Shown here: positions 40,300-52,084 of the stretch, piece after piece
Position numbering within the stretch: the stretch's first letter is position 1
Layout: each line of letters opens with the position of its first letter
NCBI RefSeq assembly: GCF_009834535.1
Contig: NC_045696.1
Span: forward strand, 90,894,001 to 90,958,000
Source: Camelus ferus
Lineage: Eukaryota
DNA length: 64,000 bases
Direction: 5' to 3'
Position numbers and translations under genes: made by a program
Notes under the pieces: model-generated
The model's input: only the letters and a program-made list of their open reading frames with translations
Database searches by the model: none
What the model was told of the DNA's origin: nothing

Positions 40300-40660
40300 T
40301 TTCTTTCTTTCTTCCTTTCTTTCTTTCTTTTCTTTCTTTCTCTTTCTTCAGCATTTATTTTCTCTCTGTATTTCATGTTGGATAGTTTCTATTGCTATCT
40401 TCAAGTTCCTTTTTCCCCCTTGCCATGTCTAATGTTAATTTTAATTCCATTCAATTATTTTTCTTTTTAGACATTGTAGTTTTGATCTCTAGAAGTTTGA
40501 CCTGGACTTTTTTATACCTTTTACATTTTTATTTAACATATTCAATCTTACTTCTTGCTTCTGGAACACAAAGAATATAGTTATAATAACTTTTAATGTT
40601 TTTATCTACTAATTCTATTATGTGTGTCATTTCTGATCAGTTTCAATTGATTTGTTTTCT
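38255..40660 (-). mobile_element. Old L1 body (ORF1 C-terminus to ORF2 N-terminus, degenerate) with a short L1 3'-end piece at the left
   Basis: ORF 39633-39902(-) KIREIADFLLEVMQAKRQWSNIF...IKTFSDMQKLKEFIT matches the L1 ORF1p C-terminal domain; T-rich antisense L1 composition. Confidence 0.85.
40217..40345. repeat. (TTTC)n microsatellite
   Basis: Directly visible; explains the KKER/FFLS ORFs. Confidence 0.95.
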
Positions 40661-40949
40661 GGTCTTAGCAGGCTCTGAACTATGCTGCAGCTCTATTGAC
40701 CAGATCAGACCCTCTGGCTTACGCTTCAGTTCTCCTTACCCTGTGGGGCCCAGTGATTTGGAGCTGACCGTCCACTTTGGGGCCAGTTCCCTAGCTGGGT
40801 GGTCCTTCCAACCAGACCCCTCATGCTCCTGGCTTGCTTCCCTCTCCTCTGCTCAGTCACTCCTCTTCTGGTTAGAGGATGCCTAGTGACCAAGGCTGCA
40901 CAGGCCATGTCAGTTAGTGAAAAATAATTTGTTCTGTTCATAAATTAAC

Positions 40950-41465
40950 CCTATTTATTGATTTATTTTTCCCAAATAAGACATATTATTTTTCTAGATT
41001 ATAAAAATTATGCATGCTCATGAAGACAATCTGGAAATTTTGGAAAAATATGTATAATAAAATTAAAATTACCTGTTACTCTAACTACTGCTAGCATTTT
41101 TTATATTTCTGTCTGTTTTACGTAGTTGATCTTATACTGTATACACACTTTAAATTCTGCTTATTTTCAGTTATCTTTTCCTGCATCATTAAAAATATTT
41201 AATGATTACTGCTATTTTATCATAGAGGCATGCCATAATTTATGTAACTATTTCCCTATTGTAGGACATTTTTAGCTTGTTTTCATTTTTTTCCCTGTTA
41301 GGTCTTTCTGTATAATTTTTTCCTGAATTTGCAATTACTTTAAGGATAGATTCCCAGAAATGGAACAAGAATGAACATTTTCACACCTTAAAACATAATG
41401 CCAGATTGCTTTCCAAAATGATTATAACAGTGTACACTTCAATCAGCATTTAACACGACTTTCAG
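40950..41465 (-). mobile_element. L1ME-like 3' fragment
   Basis: ccataatttatgtaactatttccctattgtaggacattt...ggatagattcccagaaatggaa...gccagattgctttccaaaa. Confidence 0.65.
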
Positions 41466-44179
41466 TTTCATCAGGTAAGTGTTTTTAAACTATACAAATT
41501 TGTTTATTAAAGCAAGAGATACTATTTAATAAATTGATATTTACCTTGAATGAAACAGTCAGTTGAGAAAATATTTTAGGTAGCTGTCTAACTGTAGGAG
41601 AAAGTTTTTCTTCTACTTTCAAATCAATTTAAAAAAATTCATTTGCATCCATTTTATAACCACAACCAAGTACATTCTTTTTCTTTAATTTGGAGTACTA
41701 CATTAGCATTAGATAAGTCACACTGTAGAATGAACATGTTATATCTTTCTTAATTTGGGTTAAAGTTTCTTTCCATGATTAATGCCAAGAATTCTTTTGG
41801 GATCTGCTCAAACCTGGTAGAAGCCCTTAATTTATTATCCTATTTGTTTTATTTATTTAGGATTTATATCTTGCCTACTAATAAACCGGATCTGAGGTGA
41901 CTTATACATAACAAGATAAAAACAGTAAGACAAAGAATACAACGGATAAAGGGAAAAAATGCTAATAGGAACCCAAGTTAATTATCACATCTGGGCATTA
42001 ATTTATAAATCAGAGTTTTGTGACTTTTATTTTTTAACACGTTTTTAAGTTTTATTGTCCTTTGGCTCTGCAGGCAGCTTGTAGGAACTGAATGGGATGA
42101 GACAGCAAGTCGGAGGCTGGAGAGGTTCCTGGCACCTCAGCATCAACCTCAGAGGCCCTCTGGGGATGCTGGGATGTCCCTTTCCCACCGGAAAGCACTC
42201 ATCTATCATATTCAGGTCCTCCCAGGAAATCCCTCAGAGGGCACCCTTGTCTTAGAGGACAACTCTCTGGGAGATCTTGTGGCAGTCGGTGGGCAGCATT
42301 TAACAGACCGTTGGCCTCCGTGGTGGAATGACAGTTTGTCTTTGACTTTGGCAAGGGTCCTTTGCACACTGGTGCTGCAGGAAGTGGAAGACCACGGCCC
42401 TGCTGTGGTGCTAAGAAGTCATTATCACCAGACAGAGCAGAAGTAGGGACTGCAGATAATGGGCCTCTCAGGCTGTCCAGAAATCATTACACGACTGAGG
42501 AAAAGGCAGCAACTGTTTTAAATCCCATTAGTGGGGCTGATGGGCTGTCTGGGACAGGATGCCTATCCTTGAACCAGCAGCTTAGAATAACTTCTGTTTA
42601 TTAACCCTGTAATGCTGGGAGCCATCATTTCCCAGGCTGCAGTTCCACCACTTTTCCAAAGAGGAGAGGAGATTGTGTTAAGTGCCTCATATATGATTTC
42701 ACTGAATTCTAGCAACCACCTTCTGAAGTTATCACCTCCTTTGTGCAGGTGAAGAGGCTGAGCTCCGCTCAAGGTCACAAGGCAGTAAGTGACGAAGCCA
42801 AGATTGGAATCTGGATGCCTGACTCTAAAGCCTACATTCTTTTCATATACCCATTGACTCCAAAATGTTTTGTGTATGTGACTGAGGAGGTGCCAGAGTA
42901 CTGCAGCTCATGAATGACCTTCATAATGGGTGACACTAATGACTTGGTCCTTGGTGCTAAGCCTTGAAACTCACACATTTTTGCCAACTTGAAATACTCA
43001 CATTTCTCTGTATATACTCCATTTTCAGAATGTATCAATACCTATTCCATTTTTTAATCCTCTTTCCCTTTTTAGAAGAAACTTTTTTTTCTATTCTTTG
43101 TTCTGTTATGAGCATAATAGAACTCAGGTATATTTAGTTTCATAAGCTGATTGCCCAAGATGGCCTAATAAAAGGGAAACGGGGAGGAGCAGCCTACATT
43201 TAATTTCTTTTAGTTCCACTACCTAATTTAAATTTTTCCAAGTCTCCTCTGAGTTTTTTTTTAGGTTAAAGATTTTGGTGTTACAAAATGAGGAATTCTA
43301 ATTGTGGCTTTTGGGGAATACTTTTTATTTGTTTAAACATCTACAGATTATTATTTAAAAGGCTTTTAAACATTTTTCAGGATAGTATTATGATTACAAG
43401 GTAAATATTATGATGATATCTTCTAATAACTTTGTGCTTCATATAGTTACATGATAGCTAACGCACCATGGTTATAGGATATGTTGAATGTAGGTGTCTT
43501 TAAAAAATGTTCACCTTTTTTTCATTATGTTATTTTGGGCATTGAATAATTCATTGCCAAAACATAAAAAAGCCCTCAATAACAAAAACATGTTTTTAGT
43601 TAAGGACCACCTCATTTTTTTTAATCAGACTACCCATAGGCTCACAAAGCTAGATTGTATAAACTTGTTTATACAGAAGAATTGCCAATTCAAATATTTT
43701 TGTCACTTTGGTTCCACTTACTTTACAGAATAGTCATGAGGCAAATCAGTGGCCAAAACAGAAATAGTATACAGAAACAATCTGACTCTTAAGGATTTTT
43801 TTCCCCATGTTGTAACAACGCTTAATTATATTTATTCCAGCTGTCTATGGTGCTGTGCTGCGCTAGTTAGCAATGTCTTCAGCTTTTAAGATATAACGTT
43901 AGCAAAACACCTATCTTTTGTGTTATTTGGAAATCTTTAGGAGTATTAAAAACTCAGAACTATTTTTCAAACTCGGCTGCATGTTGGAATAAAAGAATGT
44001 TCTGGGCATGAGGGCAATAAACTAGGCAGTTGCTGGAATCAACATGATTCTTAACAATCTGCAGGTGGTTTATCCACTGTGCGGCTGTTCCACAACAGAT
44101 TTCTCATCCCAGGACAGCTTTTCCTTGCTAAGAATAGTACTTCCAAGGAGACCTCCCCTTATACAAGTCAATCAGCCTC

Positions 44180-44900
44180 CAGACCTTGATTAAATGCCTT
44201 ATGTATGAGGCATTTATGGTAGTAGTAATAGGTGTATATGGAGAATTCAAGGATGAGAAAGACAGAGCCCTGACCTTCAGCTTGTGGGCATTCTTGAACT
44301 GTTTTAAAGCATGGGATTGCATTTCAATAGTTAGAAACAGGAAAAGTAAACTCCAGGTTGAAGAGAATGGTGTATATTTGACTGGTTATAGGATAGTTGT
44401 AGTAGGAGCAGGAAGGAGGAAATAAGTGTTAGAGACTTTGAAGAGAGAGAATGCATAGGAGTTGGTAACTGCTTAGGTGTGGAGGTGGGGCAAAGGAGCA
44501 AAAGGAGAAAAAGTGGATAAAGAACATTGGATTTGGTGATTAGGAGGTAATTTTTGATGTCTAGGTGTGCAATGTCAATAAAATAGCTGAAGACAGAAGC
44601 CAAACTACAAAGAATTAGACGTGAGTGCAAGAACAAAGAAGAGGATTTGGTCTATTCCTTGAGAACTTTTGTTAACTAAAGGAAGGAAAGCAGAGAAGAA
44701 TTGATTTATTTATTTAGGGAGAATTGAACAGGTTTGAAAGCAAAAAAGAGGGGCCAAAGGCAAGGTAGTGGTTAATGGAAAAAGTACGATTCGTACAAAG
44801 GGGAAATGGAAGAAGACAAAGTACATTTATAAGTGGAAGAGTTAGCTTTGAACAGGAAGAGAGATGTTTGTTTTTTTGAGAAAGAAGAAAAAAAAAAAAC
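44180..44900 (-). mobile_element. L2 LINE fragments
   Basis: attaaatgccttatgtatgaggcatt...gacagagccctgaccttc...cattggatttggtgattaggagg; purine-rich antisense L2 character. Confidence 0.55.
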
Positions 44901-46057
44901 GAGGCTGAACAAAGGCACAAACAAAATTTGAAGTGGCCTGCAGGAAAGGCATTGACAAGTTTGTTGATCCTGATTTCATAGAAATCTGCTGGGAGGTGAG
45001 GAGAATGTGATAGGTGTGAGCAATTTTTGTGGGGTACAGGCTAGGGGACCTGCAAGTGATTAGGAGGACAATTAATTATAAATAAGTTGTCGCTGATATT
45101 TAGAGGCTCAGACTGGGGTGTTATGGGATAGGGCTGAGCAGGTTAGGGATGGGAGACTGGTTGCCCACCAGGGCCATCTGCTCGGTAAATACGGATTTTA
45201 TTATCAGCTTAGACAAAAAAGCATTAAGGTTAATATGGTGTGAAAAATCACTGGAAGTCCACTAGAAGTGGTATTTGGGTTCCACATGCTTCTGTTCTAT
45301 GAGTGCAGGTGACTGAGAATGGACTGTATTGTAGATCTGATGTGATCTTGTAGGACAAGTCTAAATGCAGTGGATTCAAGTAAGTGGCCTTCTTGTGACT
45401 GTCTCAGAACCTGTAGGTCTACAGTATCGACTCAGGGTTGGGTGTGGAGTGGTGATGTGAGCATTCTCTCCTTCTCTCTGGCTTTTCGTAAGTACTTGAG
45501 ATGTCATTTAAAGGAATCATAAATGGAAACCTTGCTCTGGGTGGGATTTAACAGAAATCAGTCAGCACACAGAAAAGAAATAGAATATATGTAGTCTTTC
45601 CTCTTTAATCCTTTTGTGGGGTGGAATCTATATGAAAATCCGTGTTTATATGGAGGCTTACAGTAGGTGTAAGAAACAGTTTAAGTCATAAAATTTAAAT
45701 GGGAAGAAGTTACAAAGGCATGGGTAGCAGGAAGTGGTTGACAGTATAGGGATAATGTAAGTTTTATGGGCCAAGTTTTGAGTGGCTGTTAATAGTTGAG
45801 TATTATGAGATTAATTTGAGTAGTTGATGTATCTTCTGAGGATTTATGTTTAACTGAAAGAATTTTGTAATGGCAAAATCACATGAGCGGAAATTTAGGA
45901 GAGGCTGAGTTGTGGCTCTGGGTTTTCCAGGAACTAAGGGTGGGATCTTAATTTCTCTCAGTCTTATTTTCTTCCTCTGTGAAACGATGAACTGGCCTCA
46001 GAGGTACCGTAAAGCTGTAGCATTCCATGATGCTAGACTGAGAATTAGAGGAGCAGT

Positions 46058-46161
46058 CAGCGGAGACCACTGGCCGGTCCGCACCGCCTCCACGCAGGGC
46101 ACGTGGGGAGAGGACCGAGGAGGGGCCAGTGCGCAGGCGCGACTGCGGCTTCTCTGTGAAG

Positions 46162-46193
<32 letters not shown>

Positions 46194-46640
46194 TCCGTCC
46201 GTCCCCCTCCCCCCGCCCCTCGCAGTCCCAAGGCCGGATAGGAGCGCCCAAGATGGCGGTGCAGGGAGGACTCTCAGCTCACCCCCTCTCACAAGCGCAC
46301 TAAAACCATAACTACCTGCAGGACTACCATATGGAAACTACCAGAGAAGCTCTCCTACAGCTAAAGCCATAAAGAAAGAACCACCGGACAGGTAGGAGGG
46401 GTGGACACGCAATATATTCAAATCCCACACCTCCTAGGTAGGCGACCCACAAACCGCAGAGTAATTGTAGTTCAGAGGTCCTCTCAGAAGTGAGAGTTCT
46501 GAGCCCCACGTCAGGGTCAGGTTCCGGGTCAGGCTCCGGCTCTGGCTCCGCAGCCCGCAGGTCGGCACTGGGAAGACGCGCCTCCAGAGCATTCGGCTTT
46601 GAAGGCCAGTGGCGCTGAACTGCCAGAGCCCCGCAGGACT
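46058..46640. promoter_or_regulatory. CpG-island-like candidate promoter
   Basis: Only CpG-dense segment in the window; E-box CACGTG 46100-46105, NRF1-like TGCGCAGGCGCG 46130-46141, GC box 46211-46219, YY1 46249-46259. Confidence 0.55.
46161..46204. repeat. (GTGC)8(GTCC)3 microsatellite
   Basis: Directly visible. Confidence 0.95.
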
Positions 46641-47996
46641 GGAGGAAATAGGGACTTTACTCTTAAAGGGCCACACAAAATCTCACGTGCACTAGGACCC
46701 AGGGCAAAAGCAGTAATTTGAAAGGCGCCTGGGCCAGACATACTTGCTGGTCTTGGAGAGTCTCCTGGAGAGGCTTCGTGTAGGGGAAGAGGGGGCGCGG
46801 CTCACCCTGAGGACATAGACACTGGCAGAAGCCTTATTTGGGAGCTCATTCTGCTGCGCAGAAGCTGGTACTGGCCGGAATGTGCAGGGTATTCCCTCTA
46901 ACATGTTAGTGCCAAGACTTGGCCCTACCTGATAGCCTGTCGGTGCCAGCGCTGGGACTCCTCAGGCCAAACAACCAACTGGTTGGGGAACATGGCCCAA
47001 CCATCAGCAGACAGGCTGCCTAAATACTAAAGAACCAGCTGGATACAGCCCAGCCACACCAGAGGGCCAATACCCAGCTTCACTCACCAGTGGAGAGGCA
47101 TCGGCCTCTCCTGCCAGGAAGCCTGCACAAGCCTCTAGATCAGACTCACACGCTTGGGGGCAGATACCAGAAGCAAGAAAACTAAGATTCTGCAAAACAG
47201 GCGAAACCCTACCCTGAGACCAGCTGGGCTCTGGCCCTGTCCAATAGCAGGCCAATGCGGGCCTTTGGGACACCCCAGACCCCATATCCAACTGTGTCAG
47301 GAACTGGCTCCCTACTCATCCCTCTGCCCCCTGACCAATGGTCTGAAATAAGCTCTGGGATCCCTGGCCCCTGCAGCCAGACCCCAGGAGCCAGTTCTGC
47401 CTGCCCGTAGTTGGGCACTAACCCTAGGATCTGGCTTCACTTGCCAGCCCCAGAGTCTTTGGGACTGGACTCTGCCCACCAGAGGGTCAGCGCTAGCCCA
47501 GGGGCCCCTCGGTTTCTGCAACCAGTCACTTTGTGACTGGGCCCCACTGAACAGCAGCCAGATGCACCTGCACAAGGCAGGACCTGGCAACTAACCAGAC
47601 TGGGGACCTACCAGACCACCCACATAGTTTATCCCACTGTAACAGAATTACTCACGTAGCCCTCTTAGGGTGAAACCCTAGAGCATATAGCTTAGGTGAC
47701 AAGAGGGGAGTGCACTGCTGGGACACGTAGGATGTCTCTTACAGAGGGCTACTTCTCCAAAGTTGAGAATTGTAACTAACCCAACACATACGTAAAAATA
47801 CGAATAGACTCAGAATTATCAGTTCGACCAGAATGTCCCTAAGGGGATCATACAAGCAGTTTGTCTGGTTAGACTGTTACATCACTGTGCATCAGAGATG
47901 TGGTGAAAAGAGCACTGAAGAAGACATCGGAAGGCCTATATTTTAGGCTACTTCTGCTACTTGTTAGCTTTGTCCCATAAGCTCTGTGAGCTCTAG

Positions 47997-48586
47997 TGTG
48001 GTAGGCAGAATAATGTCCCTCTCCCTGCTCCCAGCTAAATGTCCAGGTTCTAAACCTGGAACATGTGATATGTTATATAATAAGGGAAGTTTACAGGTGG
48101 AATTAAGGAAACAAACCTTAAAGTAGGAGGAGTATCCTCGATTAAAGTGTCCTTAAATGTGGAAGAGAAAGGCAGATGGTGGGTTAGAGACATCTGAGGA
48201 CAGAAGAAAATGCAGGAAAGATTTGAAGTATGAGAGGGACTTGACCCATAATTGCTGGCCTAGAAGATGGAGGAAGCTGGCCACAAACCAAGGAATGTGG
48301 GTGGCCATGGAAGCTGGGAATCCCTTGGCTGACAGCCAGAAAGAAAACAGGGAACTCAGTCCTGTAACTGTAAGGAACTAAATTCTACCAAAAGCCTGAA
48401 TGAGCAAGGAAATGGATTCTTTCTTAAAGACTCCAGAAAGGAATGCAGCCTTGCCAACACCTTGATATTAGCCTGAAGAAACCCATGCCAGACCTCTGAC
48501 CTACAGAACTGGAAAGTAATATATTTGTATTGTTTTAAGCCACTTAGTTTCTGGAAATTTGTTATAGTAGCAATAGAAAATGTACA
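47997..48586 (+). mobile_element. MLT1E/D-like MaLR solo LTR inserted in a MIR
   Basis: tgtggtaggcagaataatg...gaatgcagccttgccaacaccttga...gttatagtagcaatagaaaatgtaca; MIR-like sequence on both sides. Confidence 0.9.
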
Positions 48587-50148
48587 CACCTCCTTTCTTA
48601 ATATATAAATGAATGGAAATAGTAATAATAGTAACTATGGCCAATTTGTCTCTATGAGGTTATTCTAAGAGGTAACAGGTGACAGCAAGAATGGCAGATA
48701 GACTTCTGAAAATGCATTCCTCAAAAAAGCAGTGGGAACACTGGCAAAAACTGTCAAAATCAATGTTTTCTAAACTCTTGAAATTAACCAAAGTCTTGCA
48801 ACAATTCAAGGCGTATTCAAGAAAAACAGCCAAATCTTGGTAAATACATTGAGCTTTGTGGTCCTTTAACTTGCCCTGTTTTCATCTCCCTTTTCCTAGC
48901 TCTGCAGTAGCCTTGAAAACCAAACAAAATATTTAACAGAAAAGAAGGCAGAAATGGATGAATAGAGGAACAAAAAAAAGATGTGACAGGTAAAAAACAA
49001 ATAGCAAAATGGCAAACGTAAATCCTGTCTTCTTGGTAATGACATTAAATATAAAAGATTAAAAGATAGATTAACAAAATGGATAAAAAGACATGATCCA
49101 ACTTTAAGTTGTCTATAAGAGACACTTCAGATTCAAAAACACAAATAGATCAAAAGTAAAAGGATAGGAAATGATATATTATGTAGTGAGTAGCCAAAAG
49201 GGAAGTAGAGTAGCTATACTAACAGCAGGCACAATTTAGACTTTAAGACAAAAATTGTTAACGAGACCTAAAGAACTCTTTGTAATGGTAAAAGGGTCAA
49301 TCCATCAAAGAAACAAATAATAATCATAGACATATATGCACTTAACAACAGCCCCCAAATGAAATAGACAGTTCAAAATACTACTGGATACAGAAATGGT
49401 GAGAAGACTAAAAAGGAAATAGAAGACTTGAACATTATAAATCATTCAGACCTAACACCATGGAACACTCCACCTGCCAGAAGTAGAATGTACATTTTTC
49501 TCAAGTACATATGGAATATTCTTTAGGATAGACCATATGTTAAGCCATAAAACAAATGTCAGTAATTTAAAAGGAGAAAAGCAATAGAGAAAGTAAAATC
49601 GAAAACTTGGTTCTTTGATAAGATCAACAAAATTGACAAATATTAAAAGGAATAAAAAGATTATAAAGGAATACTATGAACAGTTATATGGTAACAAATA
49701 AAATGACCAAGGTGAAATGGATATGTATATACCCAAGAGAATTTGGTATATGTATATGTCACAGAGAATTAAAAACATGTCTGTACAAAAACTTGCACAT
49801 GAATGATCATTGCAGCACTATTCATAGTAGCCCAAAGTGGAAATAACATAAATGTCCATCAGTTGATAAACATGAAATAGGATGGTGTTGCCCTATAATA
49901 GAATATTATTTAGCCAAAAAAGGATGAAGTAATAATAAATGCTACAACATGGATAGGCTTTGAAAACATGTTAAGTGAAAGAAGTCAGACACAAAAGGCC
50001 ACATTATTATAGGATTCCATTTATATTAAATATACAGAATAGATCCGTAGAGACAGAAAATAGATTAGTGGTTGCTGGATGTGGGGAGGAGTACTAATGT
50101 TTTTTTGTAGGGGTGATGAAAATATTCTGGAATTAAATAGTGAGGATT

Positions 50149-50588
50149 TTTGTTAGTTTTCTAGGGCTGTGTAGTAGATTGCCATAAACTTGGTGGCTTA
50201 AAACAACAAATTTATTCTGTCACAGTTCTGGAGGGAAGAAGTCTGAAATCAAGATGTTGGTTCTTTCTGTGGAGGCTCTGAGGGAGAATCCATTCACCTC
50301 ACCTAGCTTTTGAGGGCTGCTGGCAATTCTTGGCATTCCTTGGCTTGTGGACACTTTAATCTCTGTCTTCATCTTTACATCACCTTCTCCTCTGTGTTTC
50401 TTCTCCTTTGTGTCTTCTTACAAGAACTCTTGTCATAGGATTCAGGACCTACCGGCATAATCCAGGATGATTTCATCTTGAGATCCTTAACTGTATCTGC
50501 AACTCATTTAACTATAATCTTAAGGTCACATTCACTGGTTCTAGTGTACTTATTTTTTTGGGGGGGGGGCACCATTCAGCCCACCACA
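50149..50588 (-). mobile_element. MLT1C-like MaLR solo LTR nested in L1
   Basis: ataaacttggtggcttaaaacaac...cacagttctggagg...ataatccaggatgat...accattcagcccaccaca. Confidence 0.9.
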
Positions 50589-50669
50589 GAGTTGAACAAC
50601 TTGGTGAATATACTAAAACCATTGAATTTTACACTTTAAAATGATGAATTTCATGGCATGTTAATTCTT

Positions 50670-50750
50670 TTTCTTTTTTTTTTTAAATTGAAGTATAGTC
50701 GGTTACATTGTGTCAATTTCTGGTGTACAGCATAATGTCCCAGTGATGCA
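50670..50750 (-). mobile_element. Very short young L1 3' end
   Basis: Poly-T then aattgaagtatagtc...tgtgtcaatttctggtgtacagc; reverse-complement relative of the element at 14007-14232. Confidence 0.75.
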
Positions 50751-52084
50751 GAATTATATTTCAGTAAAAGGAGTAACATGTAAGATGCCTTCATAATTTC
50801 TTTATAAGGATGTTTTCATAAAGGGGAATGGTTAAAGATCTATTTAGGTAGATTTTTGAAAATTTAAAGATTATTGCTATTAATCTTTATTAATATTATA
50901 AGTTAAGATGGTAAGCTTTGCAAAGAATACTTAAAAATTTCCTTCTTTTCAATACCATATTTTGCCACATTTATTTTGAAAACTTTCTTTTGATGGTTAT
51001 AAGTAAAGGTCTCTAAGCTTTTATTGCTCTTATTCTCTTCCATTTTCCTTATTTTTTAGCACACATACTGTATAATGGATACAAACAAACAGAAAAGATA
51101 ATTTTCAGATAGTTAATGATGTATCAATTTTTACCTGAATACTTCAAAGTCTGATTTCTCATTAACTTCTTTATCAATATAGCTATATCCATAATCACTT
51201 ATTATTTGATGGCACTTACCATGTGATATTTAAGATGGAAGTAATCATTGACCTGAAAGACCAGAATGGAAAATCAGTACTCATGAATAGTTTCAGAAAT
51301 AACCCAAAGAGTAAGTGATTCAAGTTGTAGCTTTCTTTTGAGAAATAGAACTAGAAATTGGGGCTTTATTCAAAATAAGATTTGGATCCTGATTACCTGT
51401 ACATTCTTTTTAAAATTGAGATGTATTTGAACATATGACATTGTGCGTGTTTTAAGTGTAAGCTTTTATTCTTTTTTTATACAATTTCAGTCATCTTTTA
51501 CTGGGAAGACATTGACATAGAAGCCAGCTAGAGAAAAAAAATTATACTATTAATGTATTGCCTCAGTTTTGGTTGAATGTTAAAAGTGGCAAACCCCTGG
51601 TATTTTTTTTTTTTTGAACAGCTTAGATTTCTTCCCCCACAAATAAAGAAAGGTGGATTCTCATCAGTGAGATATGCATGTATTTGGCTAATAAGCATAT
51701 GACCGAAATATATGCTTATCTTTTCTCCTGTGAAGTCTATATCAGTGGTTCTTTTTTGCCTTATCCTTTGGAAATGGTTAATTTGGGAGGTTTTATTTAT
51801 AATGACTGAGTCATTTTCAGTTTATTTTTCATTGCAGATAAAATAATTTTATCCTATTTTCCTGATTGCCCATCTAGAACTACAGTGTTTACATTAGGTC
51901 TCTCACACACCCCTTCCATCATGCTATTAGATGTTATTTATTTTGTTTCTTTGTTCATCATTTTAAACTGACAAGGATTTATTCAGTGCTTTCTCTCTGT
52001 CTGATATTATAGGGAAAAGCAAAAATAAACAAACTTGCATTTTTCTTGTGGAGTAAAGACGTACGGCCATGGAAACAGTAGTTT

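Larger units (their letters stand above)
46048..47804 (+). mobile_element. TSD-flanked insertion: CpG-rich leader plus L1 5'UTR, no ORFs
   Basis: Flanking repeats tagactgagaatta 46034-46047 and tagactcagaatta 47805-47818; L1-type 5' start with caagatggcgg at 46249-46259; L1 5'UTR-like body ending in an A-rich stretch. Confidence 0.75.
48678..50770 (+). mobile_element. Internally deleted L1MB-like element with nested insertions
   Basis: 5'-end-like segment, then ORF2 endonuclease remnant (about 49010-49560; atgacattaaat, catgatccaact...gagacac), then 3'UTR (49720-50150, resuming at 50590). Confidence 0.8.

Noticed and set aside
40036..40470. KKER-rich and FFLS-rich ORFs
   Set aside because: They are translations of the (TTTC)n microsatellite.
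45912..47590. Cluster of overlapping ORFs in GC-rich DNA
   Set aside because: GC content lowers stop frequency; they span a microsatellite and L1 5'UTR and resemble no protein I recognise.
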